A stretch of DNA of 64,000 bases from a virus. The notes under the pieces were generated by a model. It saw nothing but the letters and a program-made list of their open reading frames with translations. It searched no databases and was not told the DNA's origin. Where the stretch lies: the IMG/VR virus record IMGVR_UViG_3300035661_000042, positions 17,133-81,132 of that record; one strand, 5' to 3'. Shown here piece after piece: positions 26,359 through 37,316 of this stretch. A program made the translations under genes and the position numbers. Position 1 is the stretch's first letter; every line of letters begins with the position of its first letter.

Positions 26359-29300
26359 ATGGCAGCAATTACAGTAATTTCCAGCGGAAACATGGATCAA
26401 TCACAGAATCCTATTTTCATGGCTACTGGAAATACGACAACAGGAAATCAATCATCACCAGACGCTGTATCATGGACAGCGAGAACTTTGCCAAGTGCGA
26501 TTGCATGGACTGGATTGGCGTACGGCTTGGGATTGGGTGTAGCTATTGGAACTGGCGTTGCTGGATGTGCTACATCACCTGATGGAACTACTTGGACGGC
26601 AAGAACAATGCCAAGCGCAGCTGTCTGGTACGGAGTTGCATTTTCAGGAACCAGATTTGTTGCTGTTGCTAACGGTAGCACAAGTGCTGCGTATTCAGAT
26701 GACGGATTCAACTGGACAGCATCAACAATGTCGTTGTCAGCGGCTTGGAAATCGATTGCATACGGTAATGGAACGTTTGTTGCGCTTGATAACGTTTCAG
26801 GATCCAACTCATTACGCACTTGCACATCTACGAATGGTACTACTTGGGCAAACCAAACTGCGACTATTACGTCTACCGGTACTTGGACCAGCATTACTTT
26901 TGGTAACGGCAAGTTTGTTGCAGTGTGTTCTGGTGGTACTGTTGCAGCAGAATCAACTGATGGTGTGAGTTGGACAGCAAGAACGTTACCAAGTTCTAAA
27001 AACTGGAATAGCGTATGCTACGGACCAGCGGGATTTGTTGCGATTCCTTCTGATGCTGCAAACACAGCCGCTGCGTTCTCTGCCGATGGAACAACGTGGG
27101 TTGCTACGGTACTTCCAGCATCTACAACGTGGGTTGCTGCTGCGTACGGCTACGGTCGATACGGTGCTGTATCTTTGAGTACAACCAATGCTGCATCCTC
27201 GTTTGATGGAAAGATTTGGACAGCCCGCACGCAAGTGTCTAATGCATATGTTGCTTGTCAATTCTTTCCGTTCACGTGGAATAGTGCTGATACACTAACG
27301 ATTAACAACGGTGCAACGGTAACTGTTAATACCGACCAACCGAAGTTCTGGAACACGATTGCGATTACCAACGGAAGACTTGCAATTGCTAATGCGGGGA
27401 CAACCCTTGGAAGCGCAATTACATTCAGTATGGGACGTGTAACTGGTGCAACAGCAAACACGATTACTCCGGGCTCTGGTCTTGGCTCTATTACAATCAA
27501 TGGCGACTGGATTAGCCTTGCGACTGGTAGCGGAGCTGCAAATCAAAGCGTAACAACGCCGTACACAGACTACATTGCTGCTCTATGGATAGAAACTGTG
27601 TCAGGTAGTGGTGTATATGAAATGTGGCTGAATGCGACAGGAGCTTATGGCAGCACAACTCCTGTGTTTAACAACGGATTGAGTGCGGTCAGTACAGGCA
27701 ACCGAGGAAAGTTCTTCAAGCAAACATCAAATGGAACATCTGGGTTTGATGGTCCTCTTACATTAACAACTGCGTCTGGTGTTGCAGCAACGAGAATCAT
27801 TACAGTAACCAGTACAACAAATCTGATACCTGGTGCATCAGTAACAGGTACTGGTCTTACAGCTAACTCTGTTGTTCAAAGAATCATTTCAGCAACACAG
27901 TTTGAAGTAAATTTAATCACATCTGGCGCTGTTTCTGGCTCATTAACGGCATATAACCCATATAGAAGCCAACTAACCAATCAAGTAATATTTGGTGATG
28001 GTACAAACGGAAACTTGGTTCCAACGGGTGCAAATATCAGAATTCCTAACATTCTGATTACTGATTTGACAGCTGGTAACATTCAAACAGCATCTGGTAT
28101 ATTGAGCACCAGCATTGTTATGACGAACGGTGGTACGATTCAAGCAAACATTTGCTTGTTTGATGAATCATACAACAACTTTTCCCAGGCAAATAGCGTA
28201 TCACTGACGAACGTTGGATTTAGTTTGCCGTTTCTGATTTCAGAATGCTATCAGTTTACTGCAACAAACCTTGCTTTTGCGTTGACACCAGTGCGCCGGT
28301 TTTATCCTGGTACATTTTGGACGCCAAGGGACAACAGAACAGGATATGCGTTAGCGTGGTCGTATATTTCAAACGCAAATATCCAAACATTCAAAATGGC
28401 CAACAATTGTGGGTCGGGATACATTGCTGCCGCTGCATCCGCTACTGCACCTGGTGCTCATATTTCTTTGTCATATACATCTGCTGCAACGTTCAATAAC
28501 TGTGATTTGTTCTCGTTTAACGGAGCAAAGGCATCTGGATCAGTTGGCATTTCAGCAACTCTGGGCGTAATCAATTGCAACTTCACAAATTTTGGTTTGT
28601 ATGGTTGCCAACCACTAAACTTACAAACATCATCTGGTAACAAAATGACGAATATCAGGCACAGTTCTGATATGTTCAATGGTGTAACTACGCTGACAAC
28701 TACACAGTTTAGATTGTACAACGATCCAAGTACTGGTGCAGCACTTGTCGACAATACCACGTACTTTTTGAAAGTACGTTCGTTTAGAACGTGGAATGAT
28801 CGGTCGCAATATTTTGAAGGTTCATTGGTGTCATTTGCCACCCAAAACGGCAATAAGTTGCTAAATGTTCCGAGGGTATCAGCAATCTCAACTGCGGCTA
28901 ATACTGTTAGACTGGACTGGGAACAGAAAAGCCCAGCAGCCGTTGTTGCAATATATGAGGTATACCGCGGAACGTCGGCTGGATTTGCAAAATCCGGCGC
29001 TGCTCGTCTGACAAATATCGTTGCCGCTGCTACGATTACATACGTAGATGCAACCGCAACTACTGGTACGACATACTACTATGCTCTTCGTAAGCATTCC
29101 CTCCAATATGCGACAATTGTTGCAAGCGGTGGTGCGTCAGGAGCATTTACGATTACCAGTGCGTCAAATATGCGAACGGCTCTTGGAACAACTGGCAACG
29201 TTGCAACAGGTAAGACTGGTAGCACAAAGATATTGTTTGCGCCGGGTTACGTAGCAACAACTACGCTTGCTGTTGGTATGTACGTTGGTAATGCAAATAT

Positions 29301-31725
29301 TCCTGCGGATACGACGATTGTTAGCATCGATGATGTCAATGAAATCACTATTTCAGCTGCTTGTACAGCAGATATTGATCGTGGTTCACTAACAATCGGT
29401 GCTGGTATTGGTATGGCAGTGTATGGAACTGGTGTTGCTGTTGGTGCTGTTATCACAAACGTTGCCGCTGGTGGCTTAACGATTACTGTTGATACAGCAA
29501 ACACAGGTACAGTATCAGGCACACTGACATTTACAAACTTTGAGCAATCAAATGAAATTCAAGTAGTATCGCAGGGTGCAAATAAAACTGCTACCAACTT
29601 GCTCCTGCAATCGAATACACTTGCTACAACGTGGGTAGCGACAACAATTACGCCATTGGCTGCGGCTGCAACCGGCGTTCACGATACGAACCTTGGTACA
29701 GCTGCAACACTATCTGCTTCAAAGTTGACACTGACCAGTACAACAGGAAACGTAACACAATCACCAGCAACAGCGATTGCAAGTAACTATACGTTTGGTG
29801 TTTGGTTGCGTACAGACTTGACCGCCGTACAAATTGCAGGTATCAGCGGTACAATTGGACTTGGTTCAAATACAACAGCATTTACTGTGACGGACACGTG
29901 GCAATATTTCTCTGTTTCGTTTACTGCTATTGCCACCACTACTGCCGCTACTATTACTGTTAACGGCGCATCGGGTAACTTCATTTATGTCAGCGGTGCA
30001 TTTGTATCGATTGCAGCAAGTGCAACGACGTTGGCAGGAATGCCAATTGCAACATTAACAACAGCTGTTGCATTGAATCCGGCAGCACAGGAAATAACAT
30101 TTGCATATGCATATTCGAGAAGTGCAAGTCAGTTTACAGGCAACCAAGGTGTTGATATTACACTCGCTGCTGCGCCAGCAGGCACTTTGTGGAGTGAACT
30201 CTACTTGGGTACAACATCAGGATTTACTCCATCGTTTACCAACAGAATTGGTACGACCCTTCCGTGCTCTGCATCGCTATTCAATTACAACGCTGGTGCG
30301 TCTGATAATGTAGTTGATACATTAGTAATCGAAGGGAACGGAGGAATATCAGGTGGTTTGGCTGCGGTTGTATTAGCAAACGCTTCTTCGCGCAACAAGT
30401 TCCTCAATTTCACAATCAATGCACCAACGTGGAATGCTGGTCAAATAGCAAACTTTGCTACGTTGTGTAACGACAATGTGTTCCATAATTGGAACCTTAC
30501 GGGAATTAGGTCAAACTCTAACGTTGATTTGTTTACAACAGCTAACAACTGTTCTGGTCAATTTGTTCAGAACGTCGTAATCAACAGAGCACCAGATTTG
30601 CTTTCAAATATGCAGGCATTGAGTACAGAGTTTCGCAACGTAACAAGTGGTTCAAATGCTCCTCTAACCACTACGACAACATATGTCCTCGGTGGTACAG
30701 ACGGCGTTGCTGTGTCAGGTCTTGCACAATATGACTATATGTTCTTGGAACTAAACTTTTCCAGTAACGAGGGAGCACTATTCCTGCGATTTAACGCCAG
30801 TGCAAAGGCTGTCAAACCATACACTATCACTGGCACTGCGAACTTTGACAACAACGGTAGACTGTATTTCAACGCAGTCAACGACAGTATTGAGATTGTA
30901 TGGCCACACAAAATATACGGTGTATCTGGATTTCAAAACCGAAGAATCAAAGCGATTGGGGTTGATTTGGGATTAAGTGCGGATATATTAGAGTCATTGT
31001 ACAAAGAGTACGCAATTGATACGGGATCTGGATACGGTGCATATAAGGAAATGACTCCTGCAAATATGTCGGCTGAAACGGTTTCAGCCAGTACTGGATT
31101 CTATTTCAAAGTACGGTTGACAGCTTTGTATGCCTTTAAGTATCCATCATTCACCAATGCGTACGTTGTTGGTGAAGTGATTAAAGGAGCAACATCACTT
31201 GCAACAGCCACAGTTGTACAAGATTACCGAGCAACAGCAACAACTGGTACAGTAATTTTGAGCGGAATTACAAACGGTCCGTTTGCTCCTGGTGAAACCC
31301 TCGTAAGAAACTCTGATTCACAAGCTCGGAGTCCATCGACAGCTGTGGCGTCGGGCGCTGACTTACGATTTAACTACCCATTCTTGGGATCATACATCGC
31401 CGGGTTGCAAATTCCTACAACAGTTAACGCATCTGTGCTATATCCGCCATATGAAGTTGCTGTAAACATTGTACTCCAAAACGTTGTTGTTGGATCTCGC
31501 TACCGGATTGAAGTTGTATCCACAGGAGTGCTGCTGTTTGAAGGTACTGCTGCTGCATCAACCGTGACAATTCCATATACGTGGACAGCCAACCTTGCGA
31601 TCAAAATTCGTGTTCGCAAAGCAAGCACTGCTCCAAAGTATCAACCGTTTGAGACGCTGGGAACAATTACAGAACAAGGTGTCATTGTATTTGTGTCACA
31701 AGTTCGCGACTTGGTCGTGCAATAA
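26359..31725 (+). CDS. Large multidomain adhesin-like virion protein (1788 aa)
   Basis: N-terminal S.DG..WTARTLPS...W..(I/V)AYG propeller repeats, beta-helix-like stretches, FN3-like domain (YEVYRGT...YVD...GTTYYY), CBM-like NLLLQSN..W domain. Confidence 0.75.
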   Translation: MAAITVISSGNMDQSQNPIFMATGNTTTGNQSSPDAVSWTARTLPSAIAWTGLAYGLGLGVAIGTGVAGCATSPDGTTWTARTMPSAAVWYGVAFSGTRFVAVANGSTSAAYSDDGFNWTASTMSLSAAWKSIAYGNGTFVALDNVSGSNSLRTCTSTNGTTWANQTATITSTGTWTSITFGNGKFVAVCSGGTVAAESTDGVSWTARTLPSSKNWNSVCYGPAGFVAIPSDAANTAAAFSADGTTWVATVLPASTTWVAAAYGYGRYGAVSLSTTNAASSFDGKIWTARTQVSNAYVACQFFPFTWNSADTLTINNGATVTVNTDQPKFWNTIAITNGRLAIANAGTTLGSAITFSMGRVTGATANTITPGSGLGSITINGDWISLATGSGAANQSVTTPYTDYIAALWIETVSGSGVYEMWLNATGAYGSTTPVFNNGLSAVSTGNRGKFFKQTSNGTSGFDGPLTLTTASGVAATRIITVTSTTNLIPGASVTGTGLTANSVVQRIISATQFEVNLITSGAVSGSLTAYNPYRSQLTNQVIFGDGTNGNLVPTGANIRIPNILITDLTAGNIQTASGILSTSIVMTNGGTIQANICLFDESYNNFSQANSVSLTNVGFSLPFLISECYQFTATNLAFALTPVRRFYPGTFWTPRDNRTGYALAWSYISNANIQTFKMANNCGSGYIAAAASATAPGAHISLSYTSAATFNNCDLFSFNGAKASGSVGISATLGVINCNFTNFGLYGCQPLNLQTSSGNKMTNIRHSSDMFNGVTTLTTTQFRLYNDPSTGAALVDNTTYFLKVRSFRTWNDRSQYFEGSLVSFATQNGNKLLNVPRVSAISTAANTVRLDWEQKSPAAVVAIYEVYRGTSAGFAKSGAARLTNIVAAATITYVDATATTGTTYYYALRKHSLQYATIVASGGASGAFTITSASNMRTALGTTGNVATGKTGSTKILFAPGYVATTTLAVGMYVGNANIPADTTIVSIDDVNEITISAACTADIDRGSLTIGAGIGMAVYGTGVAVGAVITNVAAGGLTITVDTANTGTVSGTLTFTNFEQSNEIQVVSQGANKTATNLLLQSNTLATTWVATTITPLAAAATGVHDTNLGTAATLSASKLTLTSTTGNVTQSPATAIASNYTFGVWLRTDLTAVQIAGISGTIGLGSNTTAFTVTDTWQYFSVSFTAIATTTAATITVNGASGNFIYVSGAFVSIAASATTLAGMPIATLTTAVALNPAAQEITFAYAYSRSASQFTGNQGVDITLAAAPAGTLWSELYLGTTSGFTPSFTNRIGTTLPCSASLFNYNAGASDNVVDTLVIEGNGGISGGLAAVVLANASSRNKFLNFTINAPTWNAGQIANFATLCNDNVFHNWNLTGIRSNSNVDLFTTANNCSGQFVQNVVINRAPDLLSNMQALSTEFRNVTSGSNAPLTTTTTYVLGGTDGVAVSGLAQYDYMFLELNFSSNEGALFLRFNASAKAVKPYTITGTANFDNNGRLYFNAVNDSIEIVWPHKIYGVSGFQNRRIKAIGVDLGLSADILESLYKEYAIDTGSGYGAYKEMTPANMSAETVSASTGFYFKVRLTALYAFKYPSFTNAYVVGEVIKGATSLATATVVQDYRATATTGTVILSGITNGPFAPGETLVRNSDSQARSPSTAVASGADLRFNYPFLGSYIAGLQIPTTVNASVLYPPYEVAVNIVLQNVVVGSRYRIEVVSTGVLLFEGTAAASTVTIPYTWTANLAIKIRVRKASTAPKYQPFETLGTITEQGVIVFVSQVRDLVVQ

Positions 31726-31773
31726 TCACACACTACATAAATACCCCAACATACACCTTCGAGGACAAATAAC

Positions 31774-34536
31774 ATGAGTGACGTAATTCTTTCCGGTGAC
31801 TTCACAGTCTACTACACAGCAGATAACGCAAGAAAGCAAATCAAGTGGACGGGATCAGCTGCTGGAACGAGGTCGTCCAACGAACTGTATTCAGCAATCC
31901 AAGACTTGTTTGACGAATTGACACAGTTGGATGACGGTATTCCAATGTCAGCACAAACACCAACAGAATATACAATTGGTGCAATTGACGCTTCTGACAC
32001 TGTGCCTTGGTTTATTGACGACGAAACAATCCAACATATCTACGGTGGTGCTATCAAGACTTCTCTGTGGACACGGATCACAGGTACACAGGCTGGTCTT
32101 GTCAAGGTTTCTGTCAGCGCAAACGCTGCGATTGTATATGCCGACATTGGTAATTCGATTTCAGCAACTGCTGGTTCAACCTCGACTGGTGTTCTTGTTG
32201 ATATGCGTGGATCTGGTGCAACTACTGTGCTGTATATTCGTCCAACGGATGCAACGGTAACACACGACTGGACAGGTACAACGAACATCACATGTAACGC
32301 TCACGCAACAGGTGCAATGACTTGCACCGTCGCAACTGGTGAAGCACTGTGGGCAAACATTTACTCACTGGGATCACTAACTGTTGATACTGGTAAGAAC
32401 CCAACAGCCGACTTGTATGTGTACAAGAGTGGCACAAAGGTGCAACGACTGAATGCCGGTGCCGCAGCATACCAATGGTGGCCAACGGGTCACATTGACA
32501 TTCTGATGAAGGTGAAAGAGGCTGGTGCTACTCCATTCACTGCTACTACCTCTGCGTCCATCAACGTTACTGGTATGTCAATTAACGCAGGTCTTCTTCG
32601 TGTTGGACAACCAATTTTTGGTTCTTCAATCCCAGCAGGTACGACGATTGCGTCAATTGTGTCAATCAACGCAATCACGCTATCACAGGCAGCGACTGGT
32701 GCTTCTACAAACATCTATGTTAATACAATTGACGGTGGCTACGTAACTGTATTTGCACGTGAATACGACAATACATATGACTACTTCACAGTGGATTTGA
32801 ATTCTGGTGGTCGTAACCCAATCCCTCTGGCAACTGGTGACGACTTGAACAACCACACTGGTCTGCGTATGTTCGTAGGATCGGCAGGATCAGGAACGTT
32901 CTCTGTTGGTGAAATCATCTACACGGGCGCTTCGCTGGCAGCAGCAACAGCGCGTGGTGTTATTACGGCTGTATCAGGAACAACTCCTACACAAACTGTA
33001 CGATACTACTTGATTGGTGACTTGACCGAACTAACGGCAACTGTTACAGGCGCCGTATCTACTGCTACTGCTACTGCTTTCAGCACTGCACCTATAACTT
33101 CAAACGCAACGTTCAACCCAGCAAACTTGACAGGAATGTCAGTATCGTTTGGCGCCTTTACGGACGACATTAACAACGGTAACGGCTCAAAATTGTACGG
33201 TATCCGGATTGATCCGGGTGTCAACCTGTATCCATTGGCCAATATGTATGAATGGACGAAGTTCATCACACGCCGGGGATCACTCGATACAACCAATAAC
33301 AACGGTATCAACGGCGAACGGTATATTGGTGCGGAAACGATTCTCACGTACACATCAGCTGGATTTGGTACATATGCAGCAGGCACAGTAGTATTCCAAG
33401 CAGCAACAGGTGCATTTGGTACAGTTGTTGCTCACGACAACGCTAATGCCGTTGCACAAGCTGGTGGCTTCACCAAGTTTGTTCTGTTGAGAAACGTACG
33501 TGGTTCCTTCAACGCATCGTCAATTACTGACGGAACCAATGCATTGGTTCCAACAGGTGTTAACACATTTACACCTATCAAGCCAAATCCATATGGTACA
33601 TTCGCTGGTGGCAAGTTCTTTGCTGCGCCTGGTGTTATGTTCCTACGTGCAAATTTGGCTGCTGGTGACATTCAAGCTTATCAGTTGACGGCTCTTGATG
33701 CAACAACACAGGTTCCACCAAACATCATTGCAGTGTCGATCACTGGTCTCACTGCTGGTGATGCTGCTGGTGTATTTGCTACTCGGGCGGTTGTTGGTGT
33801 TGTGGATAAGGCATCGTACACAATGCCTTCTGTTGCAGCGTCCGGTGGTACAACAATTGTTGTCACTTCGGGTACTCGTACAGCTATTGCAACGGATGAA
33901 CCACAAGTAGGATTCCTGCGTATTGTTAAAACGATTTCTGCTGGTGTCACACAAGAACATCGTTACAGGTATGCATCGTGGACGGGCACAACGTTCACGT
34001 TGTCACCAGTTACAACTGGTCAAGGTGCTGCTCTAACAGCAACTGCCGCTCAATATTGGAACAGCAAGACAAACGCAGCCGACACGGGTGGTAATTTGCT
34101 TCGTGTAACACTTGGTACTGCAATCTCAACAGCGCAAGTATCTGTTGGTGATATGGTGTTCACAGCCGCATCTGGCACACCAACCACGACATTGTCAAAT
34201 GGTTCAATTGTTAAGATTGAAGACACAACTCACATCTGGGTTCGTGTATTTGGTACAGTTACACTTGGTAACTGGTCTGGTGTGGGCAATGTGATCTCAT
34301 TCAATACATTGGCAACAACGTATGCAAATACTGACAAGGTGTATGTCCCAATTATTGACTCGTACATTGCTGCTGGTACATCAATCAGCAATTCACTGAT
34401 TTACACGTCAGACATCAACGTACTTGTTCGCGTACGGCAGGCTCGAAATATTCTACCTTTTGAACAAAGTACATCTGTTGGATCAACCGGTCTTACAGTA
34501 TCAGCGATTAGGTCAACAGACACAATCATCACGTAA
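31774..34536 (+). CDS. Large putative virion structural protein (920 aa)
   Basis: Late promoter plus SD GAGG; Thr/Gly/Ala-rich beta protein; followed by a terminator. Confidence 0.72.
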   Translation: MSDVILSGDFTVYYTADNARKQIKWTGSAAGTRSSNELYSAIQDLFDELTQLDDGIPMSAQTPTEYTIGAIDASDTVPWFIDDETIQHIYGGAIKTSLWTRITGTQAGLVKVSVSANAAIVYADIGNSISATAGSTSTGVLVDMRGSGATTVLYIRPTDATVTHDWTGTTNITCNAHATGAMTCTVATGEALWANIYSLGSLTVDTGKNPTADLYVYKSGTKVQRLNAGAAAYQWWPTGHIDILMKVKEAGATPFTATTSASINVTGMSINAGLLRVGQPIFGSSIPAGTTIASIVSINAITLSQAATGASTNIYVNTIDGGYVTVFAREYDNTYDYFTVDLNSGGRNPIPLATGDDLNNHTGLRMFVGSAGSGTFSVGEIIYTGASLAAATARGVITAVSGTTPTQTVRYYLIGDLTELTATVTGAVSTATATAFSTAPITSNATFNPANLTGMSVSFGAFTDDINNGNGSKLYGIRIDPGVNLYPLANMYEWTKFITRRGSLDTTNNNGINGERYIGAETILTYTSAGFGTYAAGTVVFQAATGAFGTVVAHDNANAVAQAGGFTKFVLLRNVRGSFNASSITDGTNALVPTGVNTFTPIKPNPYGTFAGGKFFAAPGVMFLRANLAAGDIQAYQLTALDATTQVPPNIIAVSITGLTAGDAAGVFATRAVVGVVDKASYTMPSVAASGGTTIVVTSGTRTAIATDEPQVGFLRIVKTISAGVTQEHRYRYASWTGTTFTLSPVTTGQGAALTATAAQYWNSKTNAADTGGNLLRVTLGTAISTAQVSVGDMVFTAASGTPTTTLSNGSIVKIEDTTHIWVRVFGTVTLGNWSGVGNVISFNTLATTYANTDKVYVPIIDSYIAAGTSISNSLIYTSDINVLVRVRQARNILPFEQSTSVGSTGLTVSAIRSTDTIIT

Positions 34537-34554
34537 GTTTCAAAGTGACCAAAG

Positions 34555-34580
34555 AAAAAAGGGACTTCGGTCCCTTTTTT
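34555..34580 (+). terminator. Rho-independent terminator with cUUCGg loop
   Basis: AAAAAA-GGGAC-TTCG-GTCCC-TTTTTT. Confidence 0.88.
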
Positions 34581-34624
34581 GTTACCCCGTACGTTGAAGA
34601 TAAATACCCAACAAAGGAAAAAAC

Positions 34625-34984
34625 ATGGCGACTGAATCAGAAATCTTGGGTGATATCCAGCAAATATACAGGAAGGTAGATCAATGCTACCGGTCGAAAG
34701 AAGATTTGGCAGCGCATATCGCAAAAGAGCAGGCTGGTATTGTTGAGTTGGAGCTGCTGATGAAGGCTGATGGCGAGCGTGTTGATTCAGGTAAGCGACC
34801 ACGATATGATTCTGCTTCAATGCTGGCGAATATCGAGCGATTAGTGGACAATATTCACTTGTTTCAAGCAACAATCAAGCGCGAAGACGAAAACATTGCA
34901 ACATTTCATAAGGTCGTCAAGGTGTTGCAAGAAGATATGGCTCGTCCAACAGAGCTAATTATTGACGCATCGCCTGCACGATAA
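34625..34984 (+). CDS. Small helical/coiled-coil protein (possible assembly chaperone)
   Basis: Late promoter at 34601, SD AAGGA; charged helical composition unlike its neighbours. Confidence 0.65.
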   Translation: MATESEILGDIQQIYRKVDQCYRSKEDLAAHIAKEQAGIVELELLMKADGERVDSGKRPRYDSASMLANIERLVDNIHLFQATIKREDENIATFHKVVKVLQEDMARPTELIIDASPAR

Positions 34985-34992
34985 GGTAGAGA

Positions 34993-35913
34993 ATGGCTCT
35001 AATATCCACCATCACGATTGACTTTGACGCTTCCCCGCGAATCGTGCTAATCCCGCCGCCGCTGGTGTCAGTGACAGTTCAAGATTTGGTTGATACAATT
35101 CGCTATCTTGAAGCGGAAAACATCATATATCCAAAGATTGTAGATACAGCTGGTAAAACGTTCTTGTATAACGACGGATTCGCTGACTTCTACACAGGTA
35201 TCGTTGTAACCCTGCAAAATGCGCAGATTGCTTTTGGAGCACGCCCAGGTCCTGCATATGTTCAGTGTCAAATCGCGGCTGGCGACATTGTTGCTGTTGA
35301 TGCAAATTCATTGCCTATTAGTCCTGTGTATCCAACAGCATTCACACAGCTTGTGATTTCTCAATCAACATCCCCATCTATCGTTGTTACGTCCGGAGGC
35401 GTAGGAACACCGGCTGATGTGGCAAATGCTGTGTGGGATGCATCAATGTCAGCACACTTGGGTGCTGGGACGACAGGTGAAAAACTGAATTCAGCTGGTT
35501 CAGGCGGTGGGTCCAGCGACTGGACATCACCAGAACGTGAACAAATTCGCTTCCGGTTGGGATTAGACGGAACACAGGCAACACCTGCAACAACGACAGG
35601 AACATTACCAAACGTTGCTTCAAAGGTATGGGAAGAGGTTGCCTTATCTCATATGACATCAGGTACAACCGGTGAAAAACTGAACCTCACAAAAGCTGAT
35701 ACGGCAGCAATTGCAGTGTCTGTTGTTAGCATTGAAACGATGGTCAACACGATCTTGAAGTACGATAAGAACCGTACAAAAATTGACACAACCGCAAAGA
35801 CATTGATTGTGTACGATAACGACGGTGTCACACCAATCCAAGTATTTAACTTGAAAGATGCCAGCGGAAACCCAAGTGTTGTAGAAAGCTACGAACGCAT
35901 CCCAACACTGTGA
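34993..35913 (+). CDS. Putative structural protein
   Basis: Two A..VW.....H..GTTGEKLN repeats and an NRTKID...YDND..TP C-terminus shared with 25736..26323. Confidence 0.7.
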   Translation: MALISTITIDFDASPRIVLIPPPLVSVTVQDLVDTIRYLEAENIIYPKIVDTAGKTFLYNDGFADFYTGIVVTLQNAQIAFGARPGPAYVQCQIAAGDIVAVDANSLPISPVYPTAFTQLVISQSTSPSIVVTSGGVGTPADVANAVWDASMSAHLGAGTTGEKLNSAGSGGGSSDWTSPEREQIRFRLGLDGTQATPATTTGTLPNVASKVWEEVALSHMTSGTTGEKLNLTKADTAAIAVSVVSIETMVNTILKYDKNRTKIDTTAKTLIVYDNDGVTPIQVFNLKDASGNPSVVESYERIPTL

Positions 35914-35921
35914 GATAACAT

Positions 35922-36455
35922 ATGTCCATACGCTCAATTATTACCAAGGGATTGGGCGGGCTTGCACGGTGGTTGGTCAAAGCTCGGTTTGACCTGGCTG
36001 ATAATGACGGCACTCCACCCGTCATCCCTCCACAAATTCCTGGTAATGGTATATTCACCACAGCTTACAGTCCACTAATCACGGGTGGATTGGGGACGTC
36101 TGCGTGTTGTGGATTGTTACTTGGTGGTATGGGAGCGTGGCAGTGCTTTGTTGGCATTACTCCACCTCCAACCGGTGGTGCAGGTGGAGGTGGTGGAAGC
36201 TATGCAATTCATCCAGGAATCTATGTTCCTTGGCCCAAAGCACAACTACGCAAGAAGAATACCCGAGCGATTGTAGTTACAGTGCGAATCAAGGAAAAGA
36301 AATGGACAAAGAGCTATCTGATTCCTGAAAAACGTGCAAAGATTGCAGTTCAAGCGATACATTTCATCAACAAAACAACCGCCGCATTGTCTGTTGGCGT
36401 ATCAAGTGTCCACCGTGCAGCTCGCAAAGTTACGGCTGTGTTCAACAAAGAATAA
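35922..36455 (+). CDS. Hypothetical protein, Gly-rich N-terminus and basic C-terminus
   Basis: Repeated (I/L)IT.GLG motif; operon position. Confidence 0.65.
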   Translation: MSIRSIITKGLGGLARWLVKARFDLADNDGTPPVIPPQIPGNGIFTTAYSPLITGGLGTSACCGLLLGGMGAWQCFVGITPPPTGGAGGGGGSYAIHPGIYVPWPKAQLRKKNTRAIVVTVRIKEKKWTKSYLIPEKRAKIAVQAIHFINKTTAALSVGVSSVHRAARKVTAVFNKE

Positions 36456-36479
36456 ATACCTGCTCACGAGGAAAAATCA

Positions 36480-37316
36480 ATGAGCGAACCAACAATCAAA
36501 ATCAACCCAGCAAAAGCATGCGAAATCGAGTTCGAAGTATCCGTGCAAGGCTCGGAGGTATCGGAGCCACCCATTGTGCGCTTCGTTATGAGCGGATGCG
36601 ACGAGTACTTATGCACGTTTGAATGTGTAAAAGTCGAAGGGGTTAAGTGGTCTGTAAAGATTCCTCCTCTGTCACACTTCACAAAGACGACCGTTCCGTT
36701 TCACGTTGAAGTCATTGTTGATGGTTACTACTTTGAACCAGCCGAAGGCACAGTTCAATTGATCACAAATCCGTCTGTTAAATTCCAACCAGTAGTAAGC
36801 GCAAAGCCAACTGTGACAACGTCATTTACTGTAAAGCAGGATGATGAAAAGCCAGCAAAACCTGAAAAGAAGGTATCAGAGGCGGCAAGTGCTGCAACAA
36901 TTACTGGACAGTATGCACCAACTAATGGACTATTGAAGCCAGAAGAAGAACCAACACAAAGCAGCGTCAAGATTGGGAACGCAACGAAGGATGACGAACA
37001 CATTGATCATACTCGTTTATCAGACATCAGCTCATCGGTTCTTCCTGGGGAAACAACTGATCCTGAACCACAGCGTGGAAATAACGAGCCAAGCGGCGAA
37101 GAAGGTGATGACGAAGAGTTTGATCCAAAGCGCGTTGCAGAAGGCATCGTCAGCCGCACGATTGGTGGATCCGCTCAAAAACCAACAACACAAGGCACCT
37201 TGTTCAAGCGTGGCAAAGACGGTAAGGCAGTGATTGAAGGTATCGATTCGCCTGCTGCAAAGGCTGAAAAAGCATCAAAAGCAGCCAAGGTGAAAGAAAT
37301 CCTATCAGGTCAGTAA
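36480..37316 (+). CDS. Hypothetical protein, beta-sandwich N-terminus and disordered C-terminus
   Basis: Late promoter at 36453, SD GAGG. Confidence 0.7.
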   Translation: MSEPTIKINPAKACEIEFEVSVQGSEVSEPPIVRFVMSGCDEYLCTFECVKVEGVKWSVKIPPLSHFTKTTVPFHVEVIVDGYYFEPAEGTVQLITNPSVKFQPVVSAKPTVTTSFTVKQDDEKPAKPEKKVSEAASAATITGQYAPTNGLLKPEEEPTQSSVKIGNATKDDEHIDHTRLSDISSSVLPGETTDPEPQRGNNEPSGEEGDDEEFDPKRVAEGIVSRTIGGSAQKPTTQGTLFKRGKDGKAVIEGIDSPAAKAEKASKAAKVKEILSGQ

